DNA of 64,000 bases from Blastocystis sp. Blastoise (lineage: Eukaryota > Protista > Bigyra: Opalinata), in NCBI GenBank assembly GCA_039096225.1, contig JBBPEB010000019.1, positions 356,344 to 420,343 of the forward strand, read 5' to 3'. A program made the position numbers and the translations under genes. Shown here piece after piece: positions 1-25,200 of this stretch; the stretch's first letter is position 1, and the number at the start of each line of letters is the position of its first letter. The notes under the pieces are model-generated. The model was not told where the DNA came from. It saw only the letters and a program-made list of their open reading frames with translations, and ran no database searches.

Positions 1-91
1 TTTATTGAAAAAATGTTATTTACATGTTTATCTTTATTAAATACAGTGAAAAAATATTTTTTCCCGTAAATATGGAAACAAAACAAAAACG

Positions 92-126
92 GGTCACTTT
101 GGTACAGGAGGTCACTCTGGTACAGG
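92..126. repeat. 17-bp direct repeat GGTCACT(T/C)TGGTACAGG x2, possible decayed DNA-transposon end
   Basis: Two copies (92-108, 110-126) with one mismatch, GC-rich in an AT-rich intergenic region; no partner end in the window. Confidence 0.45.
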
Positions 127-447
127 TACTTTAAAAGAAAATTGCCAACAACAATTTAAAAATTTGTTTTCAGATTAATTTAGTAATATTCAGTTAATCA
201 TTTTTCATTTTTTTTTCATTTTTTTTATTTAATTAAAATAATCATAATATTTACAGAAGATTCTACTTCGAATCAATATTCTGAAAAGTATACAAATAAT
301 ATATACATAAAATATAATAATTTGGGTTTTAATAAAAAATAAAATACTATTATTTTTTATAGGTGATTCTTCGATTAATATAGACTATCTGTGAAGCGTC
401 CACAACTAAGGACAAGACAGTTAGAAAAATAAAAACAACTAATACTC

Positions 448-11378
<10,931 letters not shown>

Positions 11379-12306
11379 TATATTATATATATATTTATTA
11401 ATATACATATTTTATTAAATAATTTCTTTTTTCATTTTTAAATCTATTTTTATTTCGTATATTTATATATTTTTCATCTTTTCTTCTTTTATTTGATTTT
11501 TTTTAATAAATTTATTTGTTTGGGTAGTGAAGATTTTTATATAAAACAAAAAATATGTTATTTATATTATTGTTCATTTATGTATATATTTATTTTTTTA
11601 ATGCGATACTTATCACTATAATTAAATGTTAATCAGAAAGGAGTTACGACTACATAAATTATAATCATTATCATCCTTGTCATAACGTTTTCTTTTAAGA
11701 AAAAAAATCAATTTACCTTGTAAAAGAGAAATCTGTGAATTCTATATGACATTTACAGCGTGAAGTATTTTTGAACAAGTATATACTTTGACTATATATA
11801 AAAAATACAGCTTATAAAAAATGGAACAATTTACTTCCTTTTAAAACATTATTTTCATGATTTCGTCTTCTATATACAATATTCTTGGCATGTTTTACAT
11901 CATTTAAATTAGATTTAGTAACAAGATGAAATGGCGGTATCATTAAAAATGAAAACCTAATACAATTTTGTAAAAGTAATATACTCGGAATAAGTGTTAG
12001 TCTAATTAATATGTTATGTTTATACACTCATAAAAGAAAATGAATGAGAAAGGATGCTAATAGAAGAATAATCAAAAACGAGCAAATCAAAACACAGTAA
12101 ATCCATAAAAATGATGAATTCATAATAAATCATGATAATAATGAAGATTTACGATAAAAAAAGTAGATATTCATGAAACATCATGAATATCTGGGTTTCT
12201 CTGTTTAGATAGAGAATTTTTTGAAGACATTGAAAAAAAAAGAGAATCACACCTAAAGTATTTTGATTGTAAAGTGTTCTTTTGTTATTGAATTAAATAA
12301 ATCATC

Positions 12307-13122
12307 ATGAATCGATTGATGAAAAGTTCTGCTCTTCTTATGAGAAGTGCTAAAATGATGAAGACAACTAGTGTCAGTATGTCTCAATTTCGTAGATTCC
12401 TTGAAACCTATACACCTGAAAATGTTCCTGTTCCTTTCCCAGAGAGTCTTGATGAAACAAGTCAAAAGCTTGCATGTGGTGTTTTAAATCAAAAAAGAGC
12501 ACTACTTAGTCGTGCTGTCACTTTAAGTATGTTTTTTTTTTATTATCGTCTCTTTATATATATGTAACTGTTTCATATATGTGTATCTGTTTTTGTTGTT
12601 ATAATAATAAAAATCATAAATAAATAAATAAAAATTATATATATATTTATATAGTGGAATCTCATCATCCTAAGCATATTCAACAAGCTGAAGATTTACT
12701 TGATTATATATTAAAAGCTCGCCGTCATATAAATGCAATTGAACATCCACATGAATTTGTTCCTGGTTCTTTTCGAATTGGTATTGCAGGTCCTCCGGGT
12801 GCTGGTAAAAGTACATTTATTGAAGCTTTTGGTACTATGTTATGTAAACAAGGACATAAAGTAGCTGTCTTAGCTATTGGTATATATATATTAGTTTTAT
12901 TCATTCTTTTAAATATATAGTATTGTTTTTTTAAATTTATAGAATTAATATATATAGTTTATGTTATAATATCATATATATATATATATATAGATCCTTC
13001 TTCTACTCGTTCTGGTGGTAGTATATTAGGTGATAAAACACGTATGCTCGAATTATCTTATCATCCCAATGCTTTTGTTAGACCTTCACCTTCTCAATGT
13101 AACCTAGGTATATATATATATA

Positions 13123-13171
<49 letters not shown>

Positions 13172-13878
13172 ACTGTATAGGTGGTGTAGCAGAGCATACA
13201 AGTGATTTAGTATTATTATGTGAGGCTGCAGGATATGATATAGTAATAGTAGAGACAGTAGGTTTGGGTCAATCGGAAGTACAAGTAGATGATATGGTCG
13301 ATATGCTTATGCTATTAATGCCACCTGCCATGGGTGATGAATTACAAGGATTTAAGAAAGGTATTATGGAACATGCAGATATGGTCGTTATTAATAAAGC
13401 AGATGGAGCACTAGCTAAGTATATATATTACTTTTATTTTTATTTTTATTTTATTTTATTTTATTATTTTTATATTTTATTCTTGTTTACTTATTCTTTA
13501 TTTAGTTATTTTTATATTTTATTCTTGTTTACTTATTTTTATTTATTTATACAGTGTTGCTATGAGAAGTGAACAAGAGAATCGTCGTGCTGTTCAACTT
13601 CAAAGACCTAAATATCCATTCTGGGAATGTGAAGTATATACTATTATATTTATTATAAATAATTTATATATATATATATATTATATAATAAAATCATTAT
13701 TCTATTTTATTCTTATTTATATTAAAGGTAACCCGTTGTAGTGCTATTGAAAAGACGGGTATTGAACGTGTTTGGAAGATCTGTAGTGATTTTAGAGATG
13801 AAGCTATGAACAATAATGCTATAGAAGAAAAACGTATTCAACAAAATGAAGCCTCTATGTGGGCTCAATTATTTACAC

Positions 13879-13955
<77 letters not shown>

Positions 13956-14000
13956 GTTATTATTATTATTAACAAAATTATTATTATTATTATTATTATG

Positions 14001-14099
<99 letters not shown>

Positions 14100-14282
14100 A
14101 AAATTATTATTATTATTAATCTAATTATTATTATATAGGTATTAGGTATTTCTAAGTCAAGTGAAGCTGTAAATAAGAAGGCTATTGAATTAGAAGAAGT
14201 TATGAAAAATGGTGGTATTACTCATAGAAAAGCAGGTAGATTATTAATGGAAACTTTATTTAATAGTTATTCTAAACAGTAA
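12307..14282 (+). CDS. MMAA: Methylmalonyl-CoA mutase-associated GTPase (MMAA/MeaB/ArgK family), probable mitochondrial presequence; multi-exon
   Basis: [78 protein letters not shown]; Arg/Ser-rich N-terminus. Confidence 0.95.
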
Positions 14283-15056
14283 AATTTTTCTCTATAATAC
14301 TATTTTATTCCACTTTTAGAATCATTTTATTTGAATACTTCATTCTATTCAGTTTATACATTTTATATATATATAAATCTATTTTCTTATTTTTCATATT
14401 TTTTTTCTTGAAACAGTTTTTCATAAGAAAACCATAATTTATAACTTTCTTGCATATACGCAAATATTCTTCTTTATATATCTTTTGCTTTAATCTTTCA
14501 ATAAACACGATTTCTGTATGTTTTGTTCTATTCTATATGTCTCAAGAAATTTTTATTTTCATAATTTTAAAAATATTTTTTTTTAATAATTTTAAAGCAT
14601 CTGTCTTTTTATTTACTACATATTTCAATAATGTTCAACATGTTATTACCATTTTAAGACACACTAGATGGACATTTTTCAAATTTATTTATTATAGAAT
14701 TGGATTAAATCTTATTTAATAATAGATTCATTTAATGACAATACTTTTTTATTTTCAAATATCAAAATCATGATTCTTACACATTATATATTAAAAGAAA
14801 ATGTTCATAACACAAATAGAAAAATAAATGCGGAATAATTTTTGGATAATCCAAAGAAAATTATAATAGGTACAGAAATATATATATATATCCTAAATTA
14901 ATCAAGAATTATCGATATTTCTCAGAATTATGCCCTAAACAATTTAAATGAGTCTTTATTAAGAAAATAAAGAGTAGATACTTAAAAATAACCGCAATTA
15001 TTGAATATCTTTTATTTGTTTATTGTTTTTATATACTATTTTGGAAGATATACAAG

Positions 15057-16589
15057 ATGTCGCATAGTGGTTTAGAATCCTATGAGATGGTATTACAATC
15101 CATCTATGATCTTGCTGGAAAGAGAAAATTCTCGTCATTATTAGCTCCTCTTCGTAAACTCTCTATGTATATTCATAAGATTCCAATTGAAGTCACTCTC
15201 CAACTCGCTGAATATATCCTTTACATCTATTATATCTATATATATATGATTTCATTGATTCAATTATTCATTTTTCTATTTATCATGTCATAATTCATGC
15301 CTTAATATGCTTAAATTTGTCTTCTATGCATAAAGGAAATGATGAAAGAAAATCTATCAGAATTATCCATATGATTATTGGTGAAACCTACTTTTTAGGT
15401 ACTACTGAACAAAAACAAATGTTAAAGAATATCCTAAAACAAGAAATAGAATACCCTATGTATCCCCGCTATGCTTCTTGTATTAAAATTTATATATCTT
15501 TATGTAAAGATTTAAATGATACTCAATCTATTTTAATGGCAATTGAACCTAAATTAAAAGAAGGTCTTTCTAAAACTGGAGGTGATAAATTTGGTTCTTC
15601 TGTAGGCATGCTTACTGAATTATATTCTTGCTTATTCTTTGCTCAATTACCTTTAAAACAAATTGAATCTGTATTGATATATATATATATTTTTTGTTAT
15701 TTATTATGTATTATTTATTATTTATTATTTATTATTTATTATTTTTTATTTATATATATATTTTTTATTATTTATTATTTATTATTTATTATTTATTATT
15801 TATTATTTATTTATATACTATTAAGTATACTATTATATAGTATATCCGTTCAGGAATGAATAGTGATAATACTTCAGTAATTCGATTCTCCTTAGGTTGT
15901 TTAATGATTAGTTTTAATAATGATACTGATCTTGTTGAAAAAATATTTAGTACTTTTATTAAATCAGATGGTACTCCTTCTTCTTCTATTCGTTTAGATA
16001 CTCAAGGTTATTTATATTATATTCGTTTATGTTATTTATTATATATAAAGACTAATTGTAGTAATCCTCTTTATATTAAAGGATTATGTAGTTGTTTAAA
16101 TGGTAATCCTTCTATTGCTCTTATTACTACATCTATTGAATTATTAAGTAAAATAGGATATACTCAAATTAATAAATTTGATACTCGAGGTAATGAAACA
16201 CAAGGATTAGGTATATTTATGATTTTTTATATATTATTCTTTATTTATGATTTTATATATTATTATATTTATTTTTTTATTTATTATTTTATTTATTTTA
16301 TTATAATATAATTCTGTATTCTATAGAATTAGTCAAGTTTATGCTTGATAATTTGAATAGTAATTTAACTTATTCTATTAATAATAACGATCAGCCTTTA
16401 TTTATTACTGTTACTCGTTGTCTTATTAATATTATTAAAGCATTAATTAAACAATTCAAAACAAGATCAAATATTCAAGGAAATAGCTTCTTTGAACAAG
16501 CGAAAACTCAATTTGATTCTATATACCAATCTTGTTTACCTATGATTGAACATCAAAATATGGCTCTTAAAACTGCTGTATTTATTATG

Positions 16590-16646
<57 letters not shown>

Positions 16647-16652
16647 TTATCA

Positions 16653-16707
<55 letters not shown>

Positions 16708-18000
16708 GGGTATTCAAATATGTATATGGTTAGTAACACCTTTAGAGAATGGTATACAATCAGAAGAATGTTCCAATCTCTTAAATAAGCTGAAAGTAAC
16801 TGAATTACCTTCAGATTCAGTTACTTTAGTTATGAATACTTTACATAGTCGTATTGAATGTACTCCTGAATTAGCTTCTTTTTCAGTTTTATTAAGTTGG
16901 GCTTGGTTAAAACTGAATCCTCTATCTATTTCTGTTAATGATCTTACTACTGGTTGGAAATTATGTTTTGAAAATAAAGATGATCATGATGTAGAATTAA
17001 CTTTAGAAGTATATATTAACTATTTTATTTATTTATTTATTATTATTATATATATATATCTTTTTTTTTTAATTTATTCTTTTCATTTATTTTAACTTTT
17101 TCTTTTTTGAAATTCATTCTTATAAAATATATTTTTATTATTTAACTTATGATATATATATAGCATATATACAAAGTATTAGATTTATCCGTTGCTAATG
17201 TTGAAATAGAACAATATTTATCTATATTAAAAACATCTTCTATTTGGTTCTTAGGAGAATGCTCTTCTTTCTTTAAGAATACTACAAATGAAAGTGAAGC
17301 TAAAGATATAGAGAATAAAGATACTATCAATGATGCTATATTTGATGCTAGTCAATATTATCAAAGTATTATATTAAGACTTCAAAAAGGTGCTTTAATT
17401 GGAGATTGGGCTGTATGTTATTATGTTTATTATTATTATTATATTTATTATGTTTATTATTTTATAAATATATGTTTATTTTTTTATTATTATGTTTATT
17501 ATGTTTATTATTTTATAAATATATGTTTTTTAATTTTATTATTATTATTATATACTCATCTCAATAGACACGTAGAGAGAGTATTCGTGCCTTAGGGAAG
17601 ATTGGTATAAAGGCAGGAGAACCTATTCGTATTACTATCTATGAAATGCTACGTAATCTTGCTGAACATTCAGGTATATATATAAAAGCTTTTTTTTACA
17701 TATTATTAGTTTATATATATATATACTATAAAGAAATAAAATAAAATTATTAATAACTATATATATATATATATATAGAAGATGGAAGTGTTCTTAGTCA
17801 TGATCTAATTGATCCTATTATTGAAATGCTTGATATTATTTACACAGCTATTGAAAATAATGAAGTATATATATATATATATAACTATCTTTATTATTCA
17901 AATCTTCTATATTCTCTATATTGTTATTATATTTTAGGATGTAGATACTTTAATCAAAAATCAATTACTTATATTTGAACAAGGAAATACTGACTATTAA
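15057..18000 (+). CDS. TSET/TPLATE-complex large subunit, TSAUCER/TASH3-like alpha-solenoid protein without an SH3 domain; multi-exon
   Basis: Spliced LQKGALIGDWATRRESIRALGKIGIKAGEPIRITIYEML resembles the TASH3/TSAUCER block LQRCAFSGSWEVR...AIRSGEPFRLQIYEFL (recalled, not searched); also SIWFLGE. Confidence 0.7.
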
Positions 18001-18460
18001 TCTCTTTTTTTTTTTTGTTTTACAAAATTATTCTCTGCTTTTAATTAGATATTTCGATACTATTTCTATTTTATATTATTTCTTATCATATTACTGTCTT
18101 TTTTATCTATTTAAATTTTTTGTTTACTTTATCATGTATCATTTACACTACTTCTCTTACAAGTCAGAAACGCTATTCATGCAAATTTCAATAGAACAGC
18201 TATCACCTCGAGAAAAAAGAATCTCTTTATTCTTTGTTGATATATGAAACCTATATTCTTTTCTATGTTATTTTTGTATTCTATTTTCGATTTAGAAACG
18301 TTTTTCATACGTGACTCATGATAACTATATTTACATTTATATTCGCTTCACACTAAAAGTAGAACACATTAAATGAATGATGTTACTTTTTTTTTATTAT
18401 GAATTAACATCCAAGTAACTTAATGATTATCTATAAAAGTGAATAGATAAATTTCAGAGA

Positions 18461-18532
18461 GCCTGGTTAGCTCAGCGGTAGAGCGCTTGACTTTTAATCC
18501 AGTGGTCAGGGGTTCGATCCCCCTATCAGGCG
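18461..18532 (+). tRNA. tRNA-Lys(UUU)
   Basis: Acceptor GCCTGGT/ATCAGGC, D-arm GCTC/GAGC, anticodon loop CT-TTT-AA, T-loop GGTTCGATCC, downstream oligo-T, TATA-like element about 30 nt upstream. Confidence 0.95.
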
Positions 18533-19339
18533 TTTCTTTTTTATTTTTTTTTTTAAATAAAATATATATTATATATTACCTTATATTTTTGTTTTACACT
18601 TGATTTGTAATGTCTATGAATCAGATACGCCTTTAGATAGATCTAGAGGATAATATAAAGAAAGATAATACAAGAAAATAGCAAAATAAATAAATTTTTT
18701 AAAATAATTTTTTTCAAAAACGAATAAAATCTTAAATGTTATCAAATAAAAAGTGACGAATATAATGTATTATGAAATAACTATATATAAACATTAGTAT
18801 CACTAGTATAACACGGTTGATTACAATTATATCCCTTTGTTCATATTTTCACTGTTTCATTCATCTTTTTCGGTGAATAATTCCAATGAATTTTTTTTAT
18901 TGATCTAATTTATTATGTGTAGAAGCAAAAAAAAAGGATCATTTATAGCCATTCTAAATATTATTGATTCTAATATAGAATAAAGATAGAATAAGATGAG
19001 CAATAGAATAAATTAAATACATGCATTAAATCTCAACCGAAAAGCAAAGAATAGCAATAAAAATAGCAGATCCTCGTATCTTCCTTAAACAGTATCAATA
19101 TGCCATTGGAACGTTCATACCAAGTTTACAATAGTTCACTCCACAAGTGAGTGCCTGTAAATGGTAAAAGAACATATTAATGAATCACACTAATTCTTAA
19201 CAACTGTTATGAACCACATTTAGTCTTATGTACAGTCAGACATCTTCTAGGCAACATAATTGCATGCTGATACACTTGAACAATATCGTAAATACACATA
19301 ACCATAAGAAAAAGAATTTTGAAAAAGATCCAACTATCG

Positions 19340-19480
19340 GCAGGGTTCGCCACGAAGACTCTGCTGGGGTACAGAATTCCCAAAAGAGCCAGTTTTAAGG
19401 GTACTTCTGGCGGCTCAAGGCGTAGGATAAAAATTGTCTGGGGTAGAGTCCCTACCCTGGGTAGCCTATGGCGAACGCTA
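19340..19480. mobile_element. hAT-like MITE (about 140 bp)
   Basis: Imperfect 12-bp TIRs CAGGGTTCGCCA / TGGCGAACGCTA; 8-bp direct repeat AACTATCG at 19332-19339 and 19481-19488; GC-rich island. Confidence 0.7.
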
Positions 19481-19538
19481 AACTATCGTGTGGTTTATTT
19501 TTTTAGTACTTCAAATTCGTTTTGTTTCTAGCTTCATC

Positions 19539-22164
19539 ATGAAATGGTTTATTGAGGTTTATTACATGTTCATCACCTTAATGAAGTCACAATTAAGTTA
19601 TTCTATTTTCTTAATATGTATTTGATTTCATTGAAAGAACGTTATTTGTTTATATTCACATTTTTTTAGGTTTCATACACATTTGTGTTTCTTCATCAAA
19701 TATTTCTCTAATAACAAAATGTAATGAATATTTAGATCATTCTGACTGCAGTGTTATACATGAGACAAACAATACACACACTATTGTTGGATCTTCCTCG
19801 TTCGAAATTCGTCATAACTATTTAAATCTATCTCTACATGTTGAAAACGATACTGACTACTTGATCTCATGTACAATAAAGTATATAAAAGATTTGTAAT
19901 ATGTCAATAGTGTTTCTAGGTCTTGTGAACATTCATATTTGGTCTCAGAATGTCCGATCTATGTTGTTTATCGTTATGTATCATTTCAAAGAATTGTCCC
20001 TACATTATTCAAAGATGATGATTCTTACTCTATTATTTTTCACTGTATATTTTATTTATTTTTTTAGCTCCAACTTGTTATTTTATTTATAAAGTGAATT
20101 TACAAAAATTATTTAAGAATTCGTATGACTATTATCCAGATTTGATTCCTCCTTCTTTATTGTCAGAAAACAAGGAATATTATTCTCTAATATCCAATGA
20201 TTTGCGAAATACCATGAATCACAATAATTATTCTATTTATATGTATAATTCTCCTTTTTCCTCAAAATACGATACTACTGATCTATTTATATATTCTATT
20301 AATTCATCATTTCCTATGTTTTTTAATTTTAATTCTGAAAATCATTCGATGATCCTGTATATTATTATATATATACTCGTATTCTTATACTTTAAATGTA
20401 TAGATCACTCTCATCAAACAATAATATGAATAAATTTTTGTATATATATATATATGTTTATCTTTCTTTTTTCTTTAATTACATATATATATATTAGATC
20501 ATCTCTATATATTTCGGCTCATTGGATACCAACTTTAATAAATATATTTTCATTGGTTCCTAAAAATAGAATACAAAATACAAATGGTCTCTCCCTTTCA
20601 GTGATTTCAAATAGTATATATATATATATTTTTTTTTTTATTGTTTAAGAATTATATATATATATATATAGAAGATACATTTCTTATTCATCCATATACT
20701 ATAAAATTACAAAATAAATCTTCAAAATATATATATACAATCACATTATTAAATAACATGTATATTCCATTAATGACTAATTTTTCATCATTATATATAT
20801 ATATATAGATGGATAAGTCCACAATATCTTTCATTTTCTTCTTCTTTTCCTTTTTCTATATATGGAATAGATACAAAGAATAATATTTTATTATATTCTC
20901 ATTTAGAATCTGATCCAAATAATAATAAACTATTTATTCATATATCAAATAAACATCATTTACATATTTTCAATCAATTTCAAATATATACAACATGTAT
21001 ATATATCGAATAATCATTTCTTATATATATTTTTATAGTTCGTGTCACTATTCCATTTGAATTTACTATATATATAACTTATAATTGTGCCATATCGTTT
21101 ATTCTTCAATCACAAAATACAACAAATATTTCTTCTCTATTATATAAAACTAATAAATATATATCACAAAATATCTCTGTTATAGACAAGAATAAATATT
21201 CTCCTTCTATTATTTCTCCTTCTTCTCTTATTTCTTCTCCTATTATTTCTCCTTCTATTATTTCTTCTATTTCTTCTTCTCCTTCTAAACAACTCTATTT
21301 AAACAATCCCACTTTATATTCATTTTCTTCTCTTCATATATATTCATATGTATCATTTGATTATTATCCTATTTTTACATTATATCATCATTTCTTATCT
21401 GTACCTATATTTCCTGAAGGCATATATTTAACATATTCTAATGGCCGTTTATATGGTCAATCAAGTAAACAATTTTCTCAAATATATACACTTTCCTGTA
21501 GACATATAGAAACAGATGAATTATATACATTTACATTAAATATAACAATACAAGGTTGTATAACAGAACGATATAAACTAATAAAAATAGAAAAGCATAC
21601 ATTAATTCCTAATAAAGATGAGATGTTTCAGTTTTTAAGTGATAAAGGAGCGTTATTATTATATCAACAAGGAGGAAAAATAGAGTCTAATAATATACAA
21701 TATGCATGTATAGAAACAGGTTTACAAAAAATGGTTTTATCAAGTGATAAAGAAACTGGTTGGAGACCTGGTTCTTATTTATATATGTATTTAATATTTG
21801 AAGATAATGTATCTATTTTATTACATTCATTTACATTAGTTAATAAAATGGAAGCTACTTATATTCTTAATACTAATTTTGATTTACCTTTTCATTCTAC
21901 TTGGAAATATATTACTTCTCAACCAAAAGATGAAGACTGGATGCTTGATACTTATATTCCTAAATATTGGGATGAATATATTACTTCTATTTATCCTCGA
22001 ATAACAAGTAATATAATAGCATTTCGAAATCAATTTACTGCTTTAAACTCTACTCAATATTCAAGTTGGACTTTTTCTTTTTATGCTTCAAAAGAATATT
22101 ATTATATAATCTATTTAAATGGAAAAGAATATTTTAATAATATTGATATATCAAGTAAAATGAA

Positions 22165-22254
<90 letters not shown>

Positions 22255-25200
22255 AACGAATGCATCTCCCTATAAATATGTATCTTTACCTACTCCCGAA
22301 GAGTCTTTATATCCAGTTTGGCATACTATAAATGGAAATAATACATATTTTATGAATTCTAAAGAAGTTACTATAGCAATTATGTTTTATCGTGATAGTA
22401 CTAATGAATATTCATTAATATTTGATTCTTATTTTCATTTTCTAAACGAATCTTCTTTACCTTTAGAAATAGATACAAAAATAAATAGTAATGTTGAATC
22501 AACGCATTCTATAGAGAATCTTATGGATAATAATCGTGATACTTATTGGAAAACTACATTATTAGAAAAAGATCCTATATTAATTTTCTCTTTTCTTAAT
22601 AATCCTACTTTTCTATTTAATAAATATTGTATGATGAATAGTCCGAATTCGATGAATTATGACCCAATACAATGGTCTTTATATGGCAGAACTTATCAAG
22701 GAAAAACTGATCTTTTATCTACTGTAAAATCTATTATATGGAAAAAAAGGCAAGAAGAATATTGTTTTTATTTATTACCTCATAATAATATATATACTAC
22801 ATATACATTAGAATTTCATAAAAATTATAATTCTACATTTAAAATTTATTCTTTATCTGATATTACCTTTTATATGGAAGATATATCATCTCTTACTATA
22901 CCTCAAATGAGAACATATCCAGGTGAACTTCAATTATTTGATAATTGTGAATTTCCTGCTTATATAATCAATTCACCTTATTATTATTCATTAAATATTG
23001 ATTCAAATCTTCCTTCTTATCTCTCCTTTAGTAGTAATGATGGAAGTATACATGGTATTACTCCATATTCATTCTTTCTTAATACTACTATTACAGGTAT
23101 TACTCTATATAATGAACAAAAAACATTAAATTTAAAATTATTATCAACATCATGTCCTTATTCAAGAACTTCATTCGCCATTCTATTTACACCTTCAACT
23201 ATTCCTTATGAACTTATATTCACATTAAGAGATGAAAATAATACTATATTATATAATAAAGGAATACAAGTATATAATCAAAATAATACAATTTCACTCT
23301 GTTATTCTCCACAAGTATTTATTTTTCAATTCGAAAAAATACATGATATAGAATGGGCTAATAATCATTATTATATATATATTAATAATGATTCTGATTT
23401 TTATCATTATACTTTTTCTGCTTCTTCTTCCTTTGTGTCTCATACACTTCAAGTAGGTAGTATATATCAACCCAAAACAGCTTCTTGGAAAGCTTATTTT
23501 ACAGATAATAATACTCCTATAGAATGGTATATACCAGAATATAATGATCAATCATGGAGTACTGTATATTCAAAGAGATTACCTTCTTATAGAACAAAAA
23601 CTCAATATTATAGAACTACATTTATATTACAATATTATGATAATACTGCTGGATTAAATATTATTATTTATACTCCTGGAGGAAGTATAGTCTATATAAA
23701 TGGTATAGAATTCTATCGAATTAATCTACCTGAGGGTCCATTAAACGCATCTCAAACAGCTCTTCAACCTTTTTCAAAACCTTATGCTTCTTTTAGTATA
23801 TCGTTAATTAATCATCATTTATTAAATATTCATAATACTTTAGCTGTAGAGAATCATATTTATAATACAGCTCCTTTTGCAAATACATTTGATGTTGATG
23901 CTAATTATATACCTAATAAAACTTTAATGATATTTACAGGAAATATATCAAGTAATCGAAATGAAGATCCTTCTTATCCTCTTTCAAATCTATTTAATCA
24001 AAATAATTCTTTAATTATGAATACATTTGATACTTGTTATGATTCAATATTTGAATGGGAATATACTGAAGATCGTTATGAAACTATTAATGGTTATAGT
24101 ATTCGAAACACTAATAATTGTAATACACGTCATCCTACTAGCTGGAAATTAGAAGGAATGAAACGTAAAGTATATAATAATAATGAAGATGATAAGAATA
24201 ATAATAATAATAATGAAGATGATAATAATAATATAGAGAATGAGTGGATATTATTACATGTAGCTATAAATGAACATTGGACAGAATATAATCAAACAAA
24301 ATATTTTTATTTCTATAATTCATATCCTTTCCATAAATATAGAATTCATATTATTAAATGTAATGAAACTAGTTTAGAAATACCAATTCATGATGATAAT
24401 GATATTAATAATAATAATAATAATAATAATGATATTAATAATAAGTATAATAATAAGTATAATAATAATAATAATAAATCATATAATTTATTAGATGATG
24501 ATTATTATATTGATGAGAACAATCATATACAACAATGTTCATCAGGTATACATTTAAGTACTATAAGTTTTTATTTATTTTCTCAAAGTCATTTATGTTC
24601 TCCTCCTTCTCCTGATTATTCTTATGCTTATGAAAATACATATAGTTATAAACAATGTGATGATTATTCTATTGGAATAAAAAGAAGATTATGCCGTTAT
24701 GGACGATTTGAAGAAGAAGAAGATTATTGTGAATATGCAATACCTTCAAATTTCCATTTTAATCAAAATACTTATATTTTTTATACATATATACAAGTGA
24801 ATATTCCTTTTACATTAAATGGAACAGAAATATATTTTACTATTCTTCCTTCTCTTCCTTATGGATTAACTATACTATCAAATAATACATTATTTGGTGT
24901 TCCTACTGAAGCTTCTTCTATGCAAACTTATACTATAATAGCTTCAAATATTTATGGGAATATTTCTACTTCTATAAATATTTCTATAGAGAGTATATAT
25001 TGTGATACAGAAGATGAATGGAAACAAACCCTTCCTAATCATTATATACATAAAAATTGTCAAAATGTAAATTATTATTTAGGAAGTATATATCGCTATT
25101 GTATTCCTACTCATCCTCCTGTATGGTCATCTATTATTAATAATTGCACATTATTAAAACCAACTATTTCATATTCACCTAGTTATATTAATGTTGATAA

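Noticed and set aside
11640-12250. Short minus-strand ORF 11812-12027 and other intergenic ORFs (14305-14719, 17975-18247)
   Set aside because: No motifs, no consistent splice structure, intergenic composition
18486-18502. U-C mismatch in the tRNA anticodon stem as a sign of a pseudogene or editing
   Set aside because: A single mismatch with intact A/B boxes and terminator is not enough evidence
19335-19490. GC-rich folded island read as snRNA, RNase P/MRP, SRP RNA or TPP riboswitch
   Set aside because: Diagnostic motifs were not found; TIRs plus an 8-bp flanking repeat fit a MITE better
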